Notes under the pieces: generated by a model | Told to the model about the DNA's origin: nothing | Seen by the model: the letters and a program-made list of their open reading frames with translations, nothing else | The model's database searches: none | Translations under genes and position numbers: made by a program | Shown: positions 10,474 to 20,745 of the stretch, one piece after another | Numbering within the stretch: the first letter of the stretch is position 1 | Layout: each line of letters opens with the position of its first letter | Assembly (NCBI GenBank): GCA_964015265.1 | Contig: CAXHCD010000010.1 | Span: 7,001-71,000 of the forward strand | Source of the DNA: an uncultured Oligoflexia bacterium | Lineage (GTDB): Bacteria > Bdellovibrionota > Bacteriovoracia > Bacteriovoracales > Bacteriovoracaceae | Direction of reading: 5' to 3' | Length of the DNA: 64,000 bases

Positions 10474-12036
10474 TTAAGGTCCGATTAACCTAAACGGGGC
10501 ACCACTTTGAGGGTTAAAGTAAAGAGTTCCACTAAGATTTTCCCACCACACATCAGTACTTCCTGGAATATTTGATGGAGACAATTTTCCTGCATTAATA
10601 TCAAAGTCTAAAAAGCAATCACCAGAGCTGAAACATGCAGTTGATGTGATATTAGTGCCAGATGCTACAAGCGTGTTGGTATTATCCCAAGTCATGAAAC
10701 TAAAATCTAGAATATCTCCAGCTATGACAGATGTTGTTCTATTATTAACAATAAATTTACCTCTATTGCCACTAACTGTTTGATAAACAAAAAAAGATCC
10801 AACCGTAAGATTTGCTGGGCTTGCTGAAGCTGTTCCCACTAAATTCAAACTTGTAATTGAGTTTAATAATGGGGCAGTTATACTTCCATAGTTAATACTA
10901 ACAGGAATTGAAGATAATGTGTCTCCTCCTATGCCTGCTCCATCGCCAAGTTGAGATAAATTTATTGGCTCAATACTATTTACTAGAGCATAAATTGTGA
11001 AAGTTGATGAGTTATTTGGAAAGTTAAAAGTAGACATTGCTGATGAACATGCGCCCGTAGGATAAAATGAACAAGTGCCGCTACAAGTTGGAGTAAAGTT
11101 AAATGAACTACTTGATGCTGTTATGGCATTTCCTTCATGATGTTCAAAAATAATTGGTGTACATGTATTATAGTTAAAATTAGTTAGGGATGTATCAAAT
11201 TTTAAGCTTCTAGGAGGCACCCTCTCTTTGAATAAAAAATAATTGCCGAAATTTGAATAATTTGTACTTTCTTCACCTCGAAAAGTTCCTTCATTTGGTC
11301 CATTAAAAAAGTTATATGTATCCATTTTTCCAGTGCAGCAGTCTCCTGTACAAGAATTTCCTGTTGGTGAGTAATATACTTGAGTTTTAAATTTAAGATC
11401 AATATTTGTGTCCAATAGTACTGGAAGATGAATGTTTGAACTATAAATTGCTCCAGAATTTAATTTGAAACATGAACTTTCAGCCTGAGAATTATCGTTG
11501 ATAGATTTTAGAGATGGAATAATCACTCTTAGTCCCGTTGCTTGTCCAGTATAGGAGGCTCCGCATCCTCCAGCTTGCATAGAGGAGTAAAGGCTTGTGG
11601 GATTGCATAAAATAAATGACCAGCTATAAGGATAATTTGGTGTTGGAGAAGTATTTATTCCACCCGGGGGAAAAATACTTTGCGCTAAACAATTATTTGA
11701 ATTTAAACTTAGATTAACTTGATCACTAGAGAGAAATAAATCTTTTTCAATTATTTCAGAACATTTTAAGTTTCCAGCAAGGGGAGATCCACCGTCCCAG
11801 GTATAAGCAAAAAAAGTCCACAATCCTTTTGATACTTCCTTTTCAAAAGTTGTTTCAAAAATAACTTCCTGGAAATACTCTTGTGTATCTTTATTTTTAC
11901 CAATTACGATTACACCTTCAGCAATCGAAGAAAGGCTTAGAGAAAAAGCATTAATTTTTAATGCTGTTTTATCCTTTCTTCCACCACATGAAGAAATAAA
12001 CAAGATGATGAATATGGGTATTATATATTTTTTCAA
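10474..12036 (-). CDS. Hypothetical lipoprotein
   Basis: 520 aa with lipobox ILFISSCGG. Ser/Thr/Asn/Gly-rich and predicted beta-rich. Confidence 0.6.
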   Translation of the reverse strand: MKKYIIPIFIILFISSCGGRKDKTALKINAFSLSLSSIAEGVIVIGKNKDTQEYFQEVIFETTFEKEVSKGLWTFFAYTWDGGSPLAGNLKCSEIIEKDLFLSSDQVNLSLNSNNCLAQSIFPPGGINTSPTPNYPYSWSFILCNPTSLYSSMQAGGCGASYTGQATGLRVIIPSLKSINDNSQAESSCFKLNSGAIYSSNIHLPVLLDTNIDLKFKTQVYYSPTGNSCTGDCCTGKMDTYNFFNGPNEGTFRGEESTNYSNFGNYFLFKERVPPRSLKFDTSLTNFNYNTCTPIIFEHHEGNAITASSSSFNFTPTCSGTCSFYPTGACSSAMSTFNFPNNSSTFTIYALVNSIEPINLSQLGDGAGIGGDTLSSIPVSINYGSITAPLLNSITSLNLVGTASASPANLTVGSFFVYQTVSGNRGKFIVNNRTTSVIAGDILDFSFMTWDNTNTLVASGTNITSTACFSSGDCFLDFDINAGKLSPSNIPGSTDVWWENLSGTLYFNPQSGAPFRLIGP

Positions 12037-12226
12037 TTTATAGTTCCAAATGAGAATCTAATACTATTATCGGAAAGTTGGTCATTATTATTGAGAGATG
12101 AGAATTCTTGAATAAAAGAATCAGGTATGGATGTTATTTATTTTTTTCACTAATTCTTCGAACGTGATACATTATTTATAAGTAGTCTAAGTTAACAATT
12201 TTTAATAAATTTTTATAAGGGCATAC

Positions 12227-12412
12227 ATGAACTTGATAATTTCATTTTTTATTTTATTCGTATACGGATGTGGTACTGCAAAAACCCAATATATTGAAAC
12301 CAAATATGACTTATGTATGAAGGGTTGTAGTTTGAAATATAGTCAATACGATTCAAAAAAACTTTCCGAATGTCGTAATAAATGTGTTAGGAATAAGTAC
12401 AACCAAAACTAA
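12227..12412 (+). CDS. Small Cys-containing putative lipoprotein
   Basis: 61 aa, LFVYGCG near the N-terminus, and an AAGGG Shine-Dalgarno-like element upstream. Confidence 0.35.
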   Translation: MNLIISFFILFVYGCGTAKTQYIETKYDLCMKGCSLKYSQYDSKKLSECRNKCVRNKYNQN

Positions 12413-12430
12413 TAAATTAAGGTCGTACTT

Positions 12431-14779
12431 ATGAATACAAAATTTTCATCTTTTCCGAAAGAATTAAAATCTCTCGTTAATATTTTTGTCAAAAACTTAG
12501 GAGATGTAATTCGTGAAGAAGGTGGACTTAAGGTTTATAACTCAGTTGAAAAAATTAGAAAAAATATGGTTTTATACCGAAAAGCTACAAATATTCAAAA
12601 AGAAGAATTATTAAATAAAATGTATAAAAGTTTAAAAGTTAAATCTGCTAAAGAGCAAAGTCAGATTGCTCACTCTTATACATTAATGCTTGAAACAATA
12701 AACGCATGTGAAGCAGCTTATCGAACTTATAGACTACAAGAAAATAAATCTATAAACGATCTTCCAAGGTATGATTCAACATTGGTTTATGTATTAACGG
12801 CCCACCCAACTGAAGCAAGAACTCCTGCAAATATTGAACTTTTTCATCGAATCCAGTCTATAGCACTTAGAATCTTGCAAAAGTCTGGTGAAGAAAGTTA
12901 TTTAATATCAATCGTTAAACATAATTTTAAAGTTGCATGGTTATTGCCTATAACAAGACATAAAAAACCAGAAGTTGCAGATGAAGCAAATCATCTTTTC
13001 TCTATTATTTTAAGACCTGACATATTTGATGTTTTGTTAAGAGCAAATAGAGACATTGGAACTGTTCGAGTTCGAACATGGGTTGGGGGAGATAAAGATG
13101 GCCATCCTGGAGTAGATGATAAAGTTATGATTCAATGTTTACAAGCATCTAGAAATCACTTTATTTCAATTACGACTAAGTTTTTAAATGACGTTCAGAA
13201 AGATTTAAGGCACTTAGATATTGGAAGTTTAAATATACAAGTAGGTTATCTTTTTAATTTGTTAAGGGAAGTAAAAAAACTTAAGTCTAATGACTCGTTA
13301 AGAGTTCGTACTTTTAAAAAAGAATTACGAAAATTAGAAAAAGAGTACTTTGAAAAGATTGGTGGACGAAATCCTCGTTTATTGAAATTACTTTCAATAG
13401 TAGACTTATTTCCAGGCTTGGTTATTCCAATAGAGGTTCGTGAAGATAGTGAAATAATAGCAAATGCTTTAAATGCACCTATAGAAAAAGATTTTGCTAT
13501 TACTAAAATGTTAAAAGCACTTAAAGATCTTAGTGGAGATGGAAAAGTTAGTTGTTATGCTCAAGGAATGATAATAAGTATGTGTGAGTCTTCACAAGAC
13601 ATTCTCAATACACATAAATTAATGAATAATGTATTTGGATACCCAGCAATTAGAATTATTCCTTTGTTTGAAACAGCAACGGCCTTAGAAAATTCGAGTA
13701 AAATTGTTACTGAAATCTTAAGCATAAAAAAACTTTCTAATATCGTTACAGATAAATGGCATAATAAATTTGAAGTGATGCTTGGTTACTCTGATTCTTC
13801 AAAAGGAATGGGGGTTCTTGCAAGTCGTCTCGGAATAGCTAAAACTATGAGAAGTTTAGATGTACTTATAAAAAAATATAAACACATACCTGTATTTTTT
13901 CATGGTTCAGGTGGTTCAGTTGATAGAGGTGGAGGAAGTTTGGAAAACCAAACTGCTTGGTGGCCAAAATCAGCATTGCAAATTTATAAGGCTACGATTC
14001 AGGGTGAAATGGTTGAAAGAAATTTTTCAACATCTGAAGTTACACTATCAGGTATGAATAAAATTTTATCCAACCTTAAAAAAACAGAATATAAGAAAGG
14101 TCATATAAAGATTGATAGTGAAGTTGAAAGATTTGCTGATATGGTTAGTTCTTCTTATAAAGATAAAATTTCAAAACCATCTTTTTTTCATATGGTTGAG
14201 AAGGCAACCCCATACTCTTATCTTAATGTTTTAAAGCTGGGATCTAGACCTGCTAAAAGGGCCAAGGCTAAAGTCCTAGACTTTAGCTCCATAAGAGCGA
14301 TACCTTGGGTATTGTGTTGGACTCAAACTAGAGTATTATTTCCAACTTGGTGGGGAGTTGGACAAGCATACGCAAAATATAAAAAAGATAAAAAAAGTTT
14401 AAATGCATTGAAAAAATCATTGAAAACGAGTTTTTTATTCTCTTCATTTATTAGAGTTTTAGGGTTCACATTAAGCAAAGTAGATTTACAAATTTTCAAA
14501 CTTTACTTATCTAAAAGTACACTTTCTGAAAGTGAGAAAGAACTTTTCTTTAAAGAGTTTGAAAAAGAGTACACTTTAGCCTGTCAGTTCGTTAGGTTTA
14601 TGTCAGGAGAAAAAAACTTATTATGGTTTAGGCCATGGTTAAGTGAATCTATAAACTTGCGATCATCTATGATTCATCCTTTGAATGCTCTTCAAATTAT
14701 TGCTAAAGAGTCTAATAATGAACACTTGATACGTAAGACTACTGCTGGAATTTCTTCGGGAATGATGACTACTGGTTAA
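12431..14779 (+). CDS. ppc: Phosphoenolpyruvate carboxylase
   Basis: VLTAHPTEARTP, GYSDSSKGMG, FHGSGGSVDRGGG and a C-terminal ...MMTTG are PEPC signatures. Confidence 0.9.
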   Translation: MNTKFSSFPKELKSLVNIFVKNLGDVIREEGGLKVYNSVEKIRKNMVLYRKATNIQKEELLNKMYKSLKVKSAKEQSQIAHSYTLMLETINACEAAYRTYRLQENKSINDLPRYDSTLVYVLTAHPTEARTPANIELFHRIQSIALRILQKSGEESYLISIVKHNFKVAWLLPITRHKKPEVADEANHLFSIILRPDIFDVLLRANRDIGTVRVRTWVGGDKDGHPGVDDKVMIQCLQASRNHFISITTKFLNDVQKDLRHLDIGSLNIQVGYLFNLLREVKKLKSNDSLRVRTFKKELRKLEKEYFEKIGGRNPRLLKLLSIVDLFPGLVIPIEVREDSEIIANALNAPIEKDFAITKMLKALKDLSGDGKVSCYAQGMIISMCESSQDILNTHKLMNNVFGYPAIRIIPLFETATALENSSKIVTEILSIKKLSNIVTDKWHNKFEVMLGYSDSSKGMGVLASRLGIAKTMRSLDVLIKKYKHIPVFFHGSGGSVDRGGGSLENQTAWWPKSALQIYKATIQGEMVERNFSTSEVTLSGMNKILSNLKKTEYKKGHIKIDSEVERFADMVSSSYKDKISKPSFFHMVEKATPYSYLNVLKLGSRPAKRAKAKVLDFSSIRAIPWVLCWTQTRVLFPTWWGVGQAYAKYKKDKKSLNALKKSLKTSFLFSSFIRVLGFTLSKVDLQIFKLYLSKSTLSESEKELFFKEFEKEYTLACQFVRFMSGEKNLLWFRPWLSESINLRSSMIHPLNALQIIAKESNNEHLIRKTTAGISSGMMTTG

Positions 14780-14787
14780 AAAATCAT

Positions 14788-15165
14788 TTAATTAAGTGGT
14801 GAAAAAATATCTATTTGATTTCCGTCAGGGTCTTTTACCGAAGAATACCTCTGTCCCCAAAAAGCATCCCAAGGCTCTTTTTCTGGATCAAACCCTGATT
14901 CAATTATTTTGTTATAAAGTTCATTAACCTCTTCCGGAGTCTCTTTTAAAAAACAAATTGTCACTCCTGACTGTATAGGTTCTTTCCAATTTGGGTTGAT
15001 TTTTTTCATTAACTCAAACGAATCTAGCATTATTCTAATTCCACTTGGAGTTTGACCTTCAAAATGACCTTCACCGAATTCTTTAAAAGTAATTCCCAGT
15101 AATTCATAAAACTTAATTGATTTATTAATATCACTACATGCTATACCGATTGCATCTAAACTCAT
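14788..15165 (-). CDS. Glyoxalase/bleomycin-resistance (VOC) family protein
   Basis: 125 aa. The pattern IGIACSDINKSIKFYE...DPDGNQIDIF is typical of VOC proteins. Confidence 0.7.
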   Translation of the reverse strand: MSLDAIGIACSDINKSIKFYELLGITFKEFGEGHFEGQTPSGIRIMLDSFELMKKINPNWKEPIQSGVTICFLKETPEEVNELYNKIIESGFDPEKEPWDAFWGQRYSSVKDPDGNQIDIFSPLN

Positions 15166-15186
15166 TATATGTCCTTTAAAGAGTAG

Positions 15187-15708
15187 CTAATTATAAATCT
15201 CATAACGAAAACTATCGTGCCATGCACCTTTAAATTCTTTGTGATTTTTTATCTCACCAACTTTAGTCATTCCACATTTTTCCATTACTTTATAAGATGG
15301 AATATTTTTAACGTCACAAGTTGCATATATAACTTTCAAATTTAACTTTTCAAAAGCAAAGTCAAACATGGCCTTAACTGCTTCAGATGCAAAACCCTTT
15401 CCTTGAAAATCAGGATTAATGGCATAGCCTAAATCTGCTACAAGACTATTTTCTGTTATTCTTCGGATACCAACTCCGCCAATTACTTTATTAGATTCTT
15501 TATGAACGATGGCAAGATCAAACTTATATCTAAGATCATGATTAGCCTGATCAATCATTGTGTTTACAAAATCAATTGAATCTTGTTCGGTATTTGGTCC
15601 CCAAAAATCATATTGAGAAAATTCGGGAACTTTTGCATACTGATGAATATCTTTCCAGTCTTCTGGTTTATGGTCTCTTAAAAGTAAATTTTGTGTTTCA
15701 ATCTTCAT
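15187..15708 (-). CDS. GNAT family N-acetyltransferase (RimJ/RimL-like)
   Basis: FQGKGFASEAVKAMFDFAF acetyl-CoA-binding motif. 173 aa. Confidence 0.8.
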   Translation of the reverse strand: MKIETQNLLLRDHKPEDWKDIHQYAKVPEFSQYDFWGPNTEQDSIDFVNTMIDQANHDLRYKFDLAIVHKESNKVIGGVGIRRITENSLVADLGYAINPDFQGKGFASEAVKAMFDFAFEKLNLKVIYATCDVKNIPSYKVMEKCGMTKVGEIKNHKEFKGAWHDSFRYEIYN

Positions 15709-15747
15709 AGGATGATATTAATTTACTTTTTATTAATTTGAAAGATA

Positions 15748-15770
15748 GAAAAAGGGGGATTAATCCCCCT
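15748..15770 (-). terminator. Rho-independent terminator of the ABC/GldG-like operon
   Basis: Palindrome AGGGGGA-TTAA-TCCCCCT (15753-15770) followed by T5 when read on the minus strand. Confidence 0.6.
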
Positions 15771-15775
15771 GTCTA

Positions 15776-16804
15776 TCATAGGAAAAATTTGGAATTCTTG
15801 GCCAGTTTTTCATAAACCGACTTATTAACTTTATAAACCCATGCTCCCTTTTCTAAATTAATTCTTTGAGCATCTCCTTGAGCTTTGATAACGTCTTCAA
15901 TCTTTTGAAGTTCTTCTTTCCCGTCGTCTTGCTTAACAACAAATTGTTTGGGAGCCTCCTCTAATAGAGCTGTCAGCTTTACAAAGTGATCATCTTTGTC
16001 TTTGGCCAAACTCACTTTATAAATCAATTTATTTTTAAGTTGAATTTTAATGTCTTTATCAAAGTTCAGTGCTTGGACTTTAGGTTCTGTCAGAGTATAA
16101 AAATCATCAAATCGAACTGAGGAGAAGCTATTGGCATATTCTTCAGCTTTTTCCTTTTTGTACTGCTTGTCAGTTGGATTCTCTACAACAAATTCTTTGT
16201 CTTTTTTAACGATCTCAAGGTTTTTATCAGATTTTAGTGAAACCTTTTCAATATCATCTTTTTTAACTTCTAAGAGAACAGTGTTTATGAAGTCTTTATA
16301 AGATGAGTTAAGCCAAAGATTTTCTTGAGATAGATAAATCTCTTTTTTACCTTCTCTGAGTAAGTAATTCCCTTTGCCCTTATGTGATTTACCGACACTA
16401 AAGGCCACAGTTTTTTTACCATCATTGTCAAAGAGTTCGATAAGATATTTTCGCTTGTTTTTATTAAGTTCAAACTTCTTAAGGTCTTCTTCATCGGCAC
16501 CTGAAACTATCTTTTCTTTTACTTGAATACTAGCGATTTTATAGATCAAGTCATTAACTTTATCTGTTGAAGCAGGGTATGATTTATGGTTTTCAAGTAC
16601 AAAATGATTGGAATCCCTAGTTAGGGTGATTTTCTTGTCACCACTAAAGCTTAATGATATTTTTTGAATTTTGTTAATATCTAAACCTTTGACATAATCA
16701 CTTCCTGTCAAAAGATCTGTACCTCGTTTATTTTCATTCATATAAACAAAAATCGAAGCAAGAAATAATATACTTGTGAATATTGAAAGTGTTTTTAATT
16801 TCAT
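15776..16804 (-). CDS. DUF4340-like membrane-anchored protein
   Basis: N-terminal TM segment, Lys/Asp-rich beta-rich body. It sits directly after a GldG-like gene with a 4-nt overlap, as is usual for DUF4340. Confidence 0.55.
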   Translation of the reverse strand: MKLKTLSIFTSILFLASIFVYMNENKRGTDLLTGSDYVKGLDINKIQKISLSFSGDKKITLTRDSNHFVLENHKSYPASTDKVNDLIYKIASIQVKEKIVSGADEEDLKKFELNKNKRKYLIELFDNDGKKTVAFSVGKSHKGKGNYLLREGKKEIYLSQENLWLNSSYKDFINTVLLEVKKDDIEKVSLKSDKNLEIVKKDKEFVVENPTDKQYKKEKAEEYANSFSSVRFDDFYTLTEPKVQALNFDKDIKIQLKNKLIYKVSLAKDKDDHFVKLTALLEEAPKQFVVKQDDGKEELQKIEDVIKAQGDAQRINLEKGAWVYKVNKSVYEKLAKNSKFFL

Positions 16805-18810
16805 GCGTTCACCTCCTCAAAGTTTTTAAGGCGAGTTGATTGCTTAGTATTATCATTACTCTTTTTATTGATACGTCTCCCTTGCATTAAGCGACTTCTT
16901 TTACGGTTGTAATAAACACCAAAAGTGATGACAAAGAATGGTACAAATAAAGTATTTAGATACTGAAAAAACTTCCCAATGCCTTCAATTTTCTCGCGCC
17001 CTTCACGTTTAACTGCTCGAAGTTCCTTTTTTAGAACTGCAATTTTTTTAGCGAGCTCCTTTTTCTTTCTGATACCTTCGTTTTGAAGTAGAGCAATATT
17101 TCCTTCATTGGCCTTTTTACCCATTTGATTTAGTTCAGCCTGAAATCTCGCAATACTAGCGTTAATTTCTTTAACTTTGTTAGCAGTTCTTTTTTCAGAT
17201 TCAAATTCAATCTGATTAATGACATCAAACGATCTATTTTTTCTTCCCTTGGAGCGAACACTCAATAGGTCAACATCACCTGTAAGTGCCTCAACACTAT
17301 TTAAGAACAATGTACTATTGTCATTGGCCACGGCCATTCCTAGGAATGTATCTTTAAAGGCAAATTGATCATTTATAAAATCAACATCTGAGAAGACAAT
17401 AATTGCACTTTCTTTTGAGGACTCTTTAACAACTTTAGCTTTATCATCTTTTTTGTTAGAGGATTTTTTTGCTTTTGGGTCCTTTTTATTATCTACTTTT
17501 GTTTCTGTTGATTTCACACCATTGGGAAATGCTGTTTTATACTTGCCGAGTGCTTTATAAGCAATAACGACAGGCTTAGAGCCTTCGGAGAACTTATTCC
17601 AAAGAGTTTGTGGATTATTCAGTTCATACCCAATTGCTGTATAGCTATTCCCTTTGGCAGTTGTAGACATAATTGGAGTATGTTTAATGCCCTCAGTTTT
17701 TTTGGCTTCTAAGACTCCTGGAAACACAAATGTAGAATTGTTGATTCCAGAGGTTACATTATCCTTATATTGATTCGTACAGTTTTCGTTACAGTTTAAT
17801 AGAGCAAGTAACCTACCCGCAGGCATATTGGGACTAAATCTTCCAACTCCACTTAGGTACTTATCACCAGCATAGGTATTTGTTTGCATCTCAATACCCC
17901 ATTTATCCATAAGTTTTTTGAAACCTGCATCTGGGGAACTTGATGTTCCTCCATACATCCCAATATTTTTGTCACTGACAGCATTTGGGTCAACAAAAAC
18001 AAGTAGGTTTCCACCCTTCATAAGATATTGGTCAATGGCAAAAAGTGTTTCTTCAGAAAATTCTTTTGGATGAATAACTACTAACGAGTCGATTCCAGTT
18101 ATGAGCTTAGCATCTTTTTCAATCTTTTTTACATTATAAAATTCAGAAAGCATTCTTGTGACAACCCAAGACTCATTAACGGCCTTTCCTTGCATCCTCA
18201 TAATTTGTGCCATATAAGGGCTAACGTTTTCAGTCATTATTTCCATCGAGGATATAATTCCAATATTTTTCTTTTGTGGATTTAAAACAGTATAAATAAG
18301 TTTTGTAAGATCATACTCGAGTCTATCTTTTTGATTTGGGTCAAAAAACTCAATAATCTTTTCTGTTCCTGATTCATTTTCAGCAACTAGTCCAAAAAAG
18401 TATCTTTCTGTTTCCGTTAGGTTAAACTTTTTAAGGCCATAAGCAAGTGCATCTTCTTCTTCAGGAGTGTCTGGCCTGGGATCTATAACATCCAGAGTTA
18501 GATTATTCCTAGAATTGCCCACATATTGGCGTAATAACTCTTGAACATATAAATAGTGATTGTTAAATGCTCTAAGCCCCTCTGTCCCTTTGTTCGCAGC
18601 GGTCTTTGAATAGTAGAGTTTTAATTTTATAGGCGAGTCTAGTTTAGATAGAATCGATTTAGTACCATCAGAAAGCGTATAAAGATTTTCTTCTGTGAAA
18701 TCAATTCTTGCTTTTTTAAATAATGTTGTTCCTATGTATATCATTAAGGTCATCGAAAATAGACCAAGAATGACTTTTAGATAATTTTCATTATGTTTAT
18801 TCATTTCCAT
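16801..18810 (-). CDS. GldG-like ABC-transporter auxiliary protein
   Basis: 669 aa with N- and C-terminal TM segments, a large periplasmic body and a C-terminal coiled-coil. It follows ABC-2 permease and ATPase genes. Confidence 0.65.
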   Translation of the reverse strand: MEMNKHNENYLKVILGLFSMTLMIYIGTTLFKKARIDFTEENLYTLSDGTKSILSKLDSPIKLKLYYSKTAANKGTEGLRAFNNHYLYVQELLRQYVGNSRNNLTLDVIDPRPDTPEEEDALAYGLKKFNLTETERYFFGLVAENESGTEKIIEFFDPNQKDRLEYDLTKLIYTVLNPQKKNIGIISSMEIMTENVSPYMAQIMRMQGKAVNESWVVTRMLSEFYNVKKIEKDAKLITGIDSLVVIHPKEFSEETLFAIDQYLMKGGNLLVFVDPNAVSDKNIGMYGGTSSSPDAGFKKLMDKWGIEMQTNTYAGDKYLSGVGRFSPNMPAGRLLALLNCNENCTNQYKDNVTSGINNSTFVFPGVLEAKKTEGIKHTPIMSTTAKGNSYTAIGYELNNPQTLWNKFSEGSKPVVIAYKALGKYKTAFPNGVKSTETKVDNKKDPKAKKSSNKKDDKAKVVKESSKESAIIVFSDVDFINDQFAFKDTFLGMAVANDNSTLFLNSVEALTGDVDLLSVRSKGRKNRSFDVINQIEFESEKRTANKVKEINASIARFQAELNQMGKKANEGNIALLQNEGIRKKKELAKKIAVLKKELRAVKREGREKIEGIGKFFQYLNTLFVPFFVITFGVYYNRKRSRLMQGRRINKKSNDNTKQSTRLKNFEEVNA

Positions 18811-18816
18811 GTTCTC

Positions 18817-19563
18817 CTAGTTAGCCTTATTCTCGTTAAGTAGAATAATATTTCCATATAGCCAGCAAGTAATCATAACTGCAAAGAACCAAAGATTACT
18901 TAAACTAAATACACCTCTTTCAATTGAGTCAAAATGGTTTAAGACACTAAGAGACTCAAAAAGATCAACTAAGTATTTTGGAGAAAATGTTGAAATAAAC
19001 TCCAATATTGGAGGAGAGCCTGCCATGATTAAAAGAAAGCTCACGCAAACAGTTAATATAAAACTAATGACTTGATTCTTTGTTAGGGCCGAGAAAAAAC
19101 CTCCTACAGCAAGAAGTGCTCCTGCCGTCAGAAACGAAGCAAGATACCCTAAGAAAATTACTCCTAAGTCGGGATTTCCTAAATAAATTACTGTGAAAAT
19201 CATTGGGAAGGTTCCAGCAAGGGCCACACCTATAAATGCCCATGATGCTAAAAATTTAGCAAGTACAACTTGCCCAATTGTTACTGGCATAGTTAATAAA
19301 AGCTCTATTGTTCCAGACTTTCTTTCTTCAGACCAAAGTCTCATACTGACAGCAGGTATTAAAAATAGAAACATCCAAGGAATGTATCTGAAGAATGAGC
19401 TCATAGAGGCTTCTCGCATATAGAAGAAACTTCCACGCCCTGGTTCAAATGTTAAATAACCTATTCCAAAAAGAAAAATAACTAAAAAAACATAACCAAG
19501 AGGAGTTTTGAAATAACTTGTAAACTCCTTCATAAAAAGGTGTTTTATGGACTGATTTTTCAT
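18817..19563 (-). CDS. ABC-2 type permease (GldF-like)
   Basis: 248 aa with about 6 hydrophobic helices. 4-nt overlap with the ATPase gene. Confidence 0.75.
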   Translation of the reverse strand: MKNQSIKHLFMKEFTSYFKTPLGYVFLVIFLFGIGYLTFEPGRGSFFYMREASMSSFFRYIPWMFLFLIPAVSMRLWSEERKSGTIELLLTMPVTIGQVVLAKFLASWAFIGVALAGTFPMIFTVIYLGNPDLGVIFLGYLASFLTAGALLAVGGFFSALTKNQVISFILTVCVSFLLIMAGSPPILEFISTFSPKYLVDLFESLSVLNHFDSIERGVFSLSNLWFFAVMITCWLYGNIILLNENKAN

Positions 19564-20297
19564 ATTGCGACCCCTTGTAATTGACTCCCTGTTGTTATTG
19601 CTCTAAATACATCTTGTATTCTACCTCTATCTGATTTGGATTTGAGTTCTGCGGGAGTGCCTTCGAAAAGTTTCTCTCCTTCGCCAATAATAATGCAACG
19701 GTCACAAACTTCCTCAACTTCTTCTAGGATATGAGTTGAAATGAGAATACATTTTTCTTTTGCTAAATTTTTTATTAGTTCTCTTACATCATGTTTTTGA
19801 TTTGGATCAAGACCATCTGTCGGTTCATCTAAAATGAGAACTTTTGGATCGTGGACTAAAGACTGAGCAAGTGAAACTCTTCTTTTGTATCCCTTTGAGA
19901 GAGTCTCTATTTTTTGAAATTCAACTGTTTCCAAAGCGCACATTTTTATGACTTTATTAATTCTTTCAGAAATTTTAGATTGTTCAACTTCTCGCATTTT
20001 TGCAATAAATTCTAAAAATTCTCGGACGAACATTTCTTCATAAAGAGGAGCATTCTCAGGAACATACCCAATATTTTTTTGGGCATCGAGAGTTTCTTTT
20101 TTAATAGATTTTCCACAAATTGTAGCATCTCCTTCTGAAGATCGTAAAAAACCTGTAATCATTTTCATTGTGGTTGATTTACCTGCTCCATTGGGACCAA
20201 GAAAACCTAAAACTTCACCTGTGTTGGCCTTAAAACTAACTTGATCCACAGCTTTGAAATCTCCAAAATTCTTAGAAATTGAATTAACTTCAAGCAT
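19560..20297 (-). CDS. ABC transporter ATP-binding protein (GldA-like)
   Basis: Walker A GPNGAGKST, signature LSKGYKRRV and Walker B LILDEPTDGLD. Confidence 0.9.
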   Translation of the reverse strand: MLEVNSISKNFGDFKAVDQVSFKANTGEVLGFLGPNGAGKSTTMKMITGFLRSSEGDATICGKSIKKETLDAQKNIGYVPENAPLYEEMFVREFLEFIAKMREVEQSKISERINKVIKMCALETVEFQKIETLSKGYKRRVSLAQSLVHDPKVLILDEPTDGLDPNQKHDVRELIKNLAKEKCILISTHILEEVEEVCDRCIIIGEGEKLFEGTPAELKSKSDRGRIQDVFRAITTGSQLQGVAI

Positions 20298-20313
20298 GAT
20301 TTAACCTCCTAAA

Positions 20314-20745
20314 TTATAAATTCCTCTCATGATTAACGAATCTTTCATCTCCATATTCAAAAAAATTCTTATATCTCTTGTGTAATCCCTTTTTTCTAAT
20401 CGAATGTTTAATTGGACACCAGTATTGTTCTGTACGGGATGCGACTTCTCTTACGTAAGCAATGAGGCCGTTGAAGTAGCTACAGTATGTACAGTTAAGT
20501 TTTTGAATGGAATTTAAATAGGACAGTTTATGACGATCAAAGGCAATATATTGAGATCGTTCAACTTTTTTAATTCCATAAACAGGAAAACAGATTCCTT
20601 GGTAGAAATAAATAAAAAAATCTAAAATAATTGCAGGTATTATCATTGAATAAATAAATGGTGCAGTCAAAATAAGAAGAATATTTGAATTTTGAAGGTT
20701 AAACCTAAGAACATTTTGGAAGTGATTTTTGTTTACTAGTTTCAT
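20314..20745 (-). CDS. Small membrane protein with a Cys-rich tail; first gene of the ABC operon
   Basis: 143 aa with two hydrophobic helices, then CTYCSYF...YWCPIKH. It lies 16 nt upstream of the ATPase gene. Confidence 0.5.
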   Translation of the reverse strand: MKLVNKNHFQNVLRFNLQNSNILLILTAPFIYSMIIPAIILDFFIYFYQGICFPVYGIKKVERSQYIAFDRHKLSYLNSIQKLNCTYCSYFNGLIAYVREVASRTEQYWCPIKHSIRKKGLHKRYKNFFEYGDERFVNHERNL

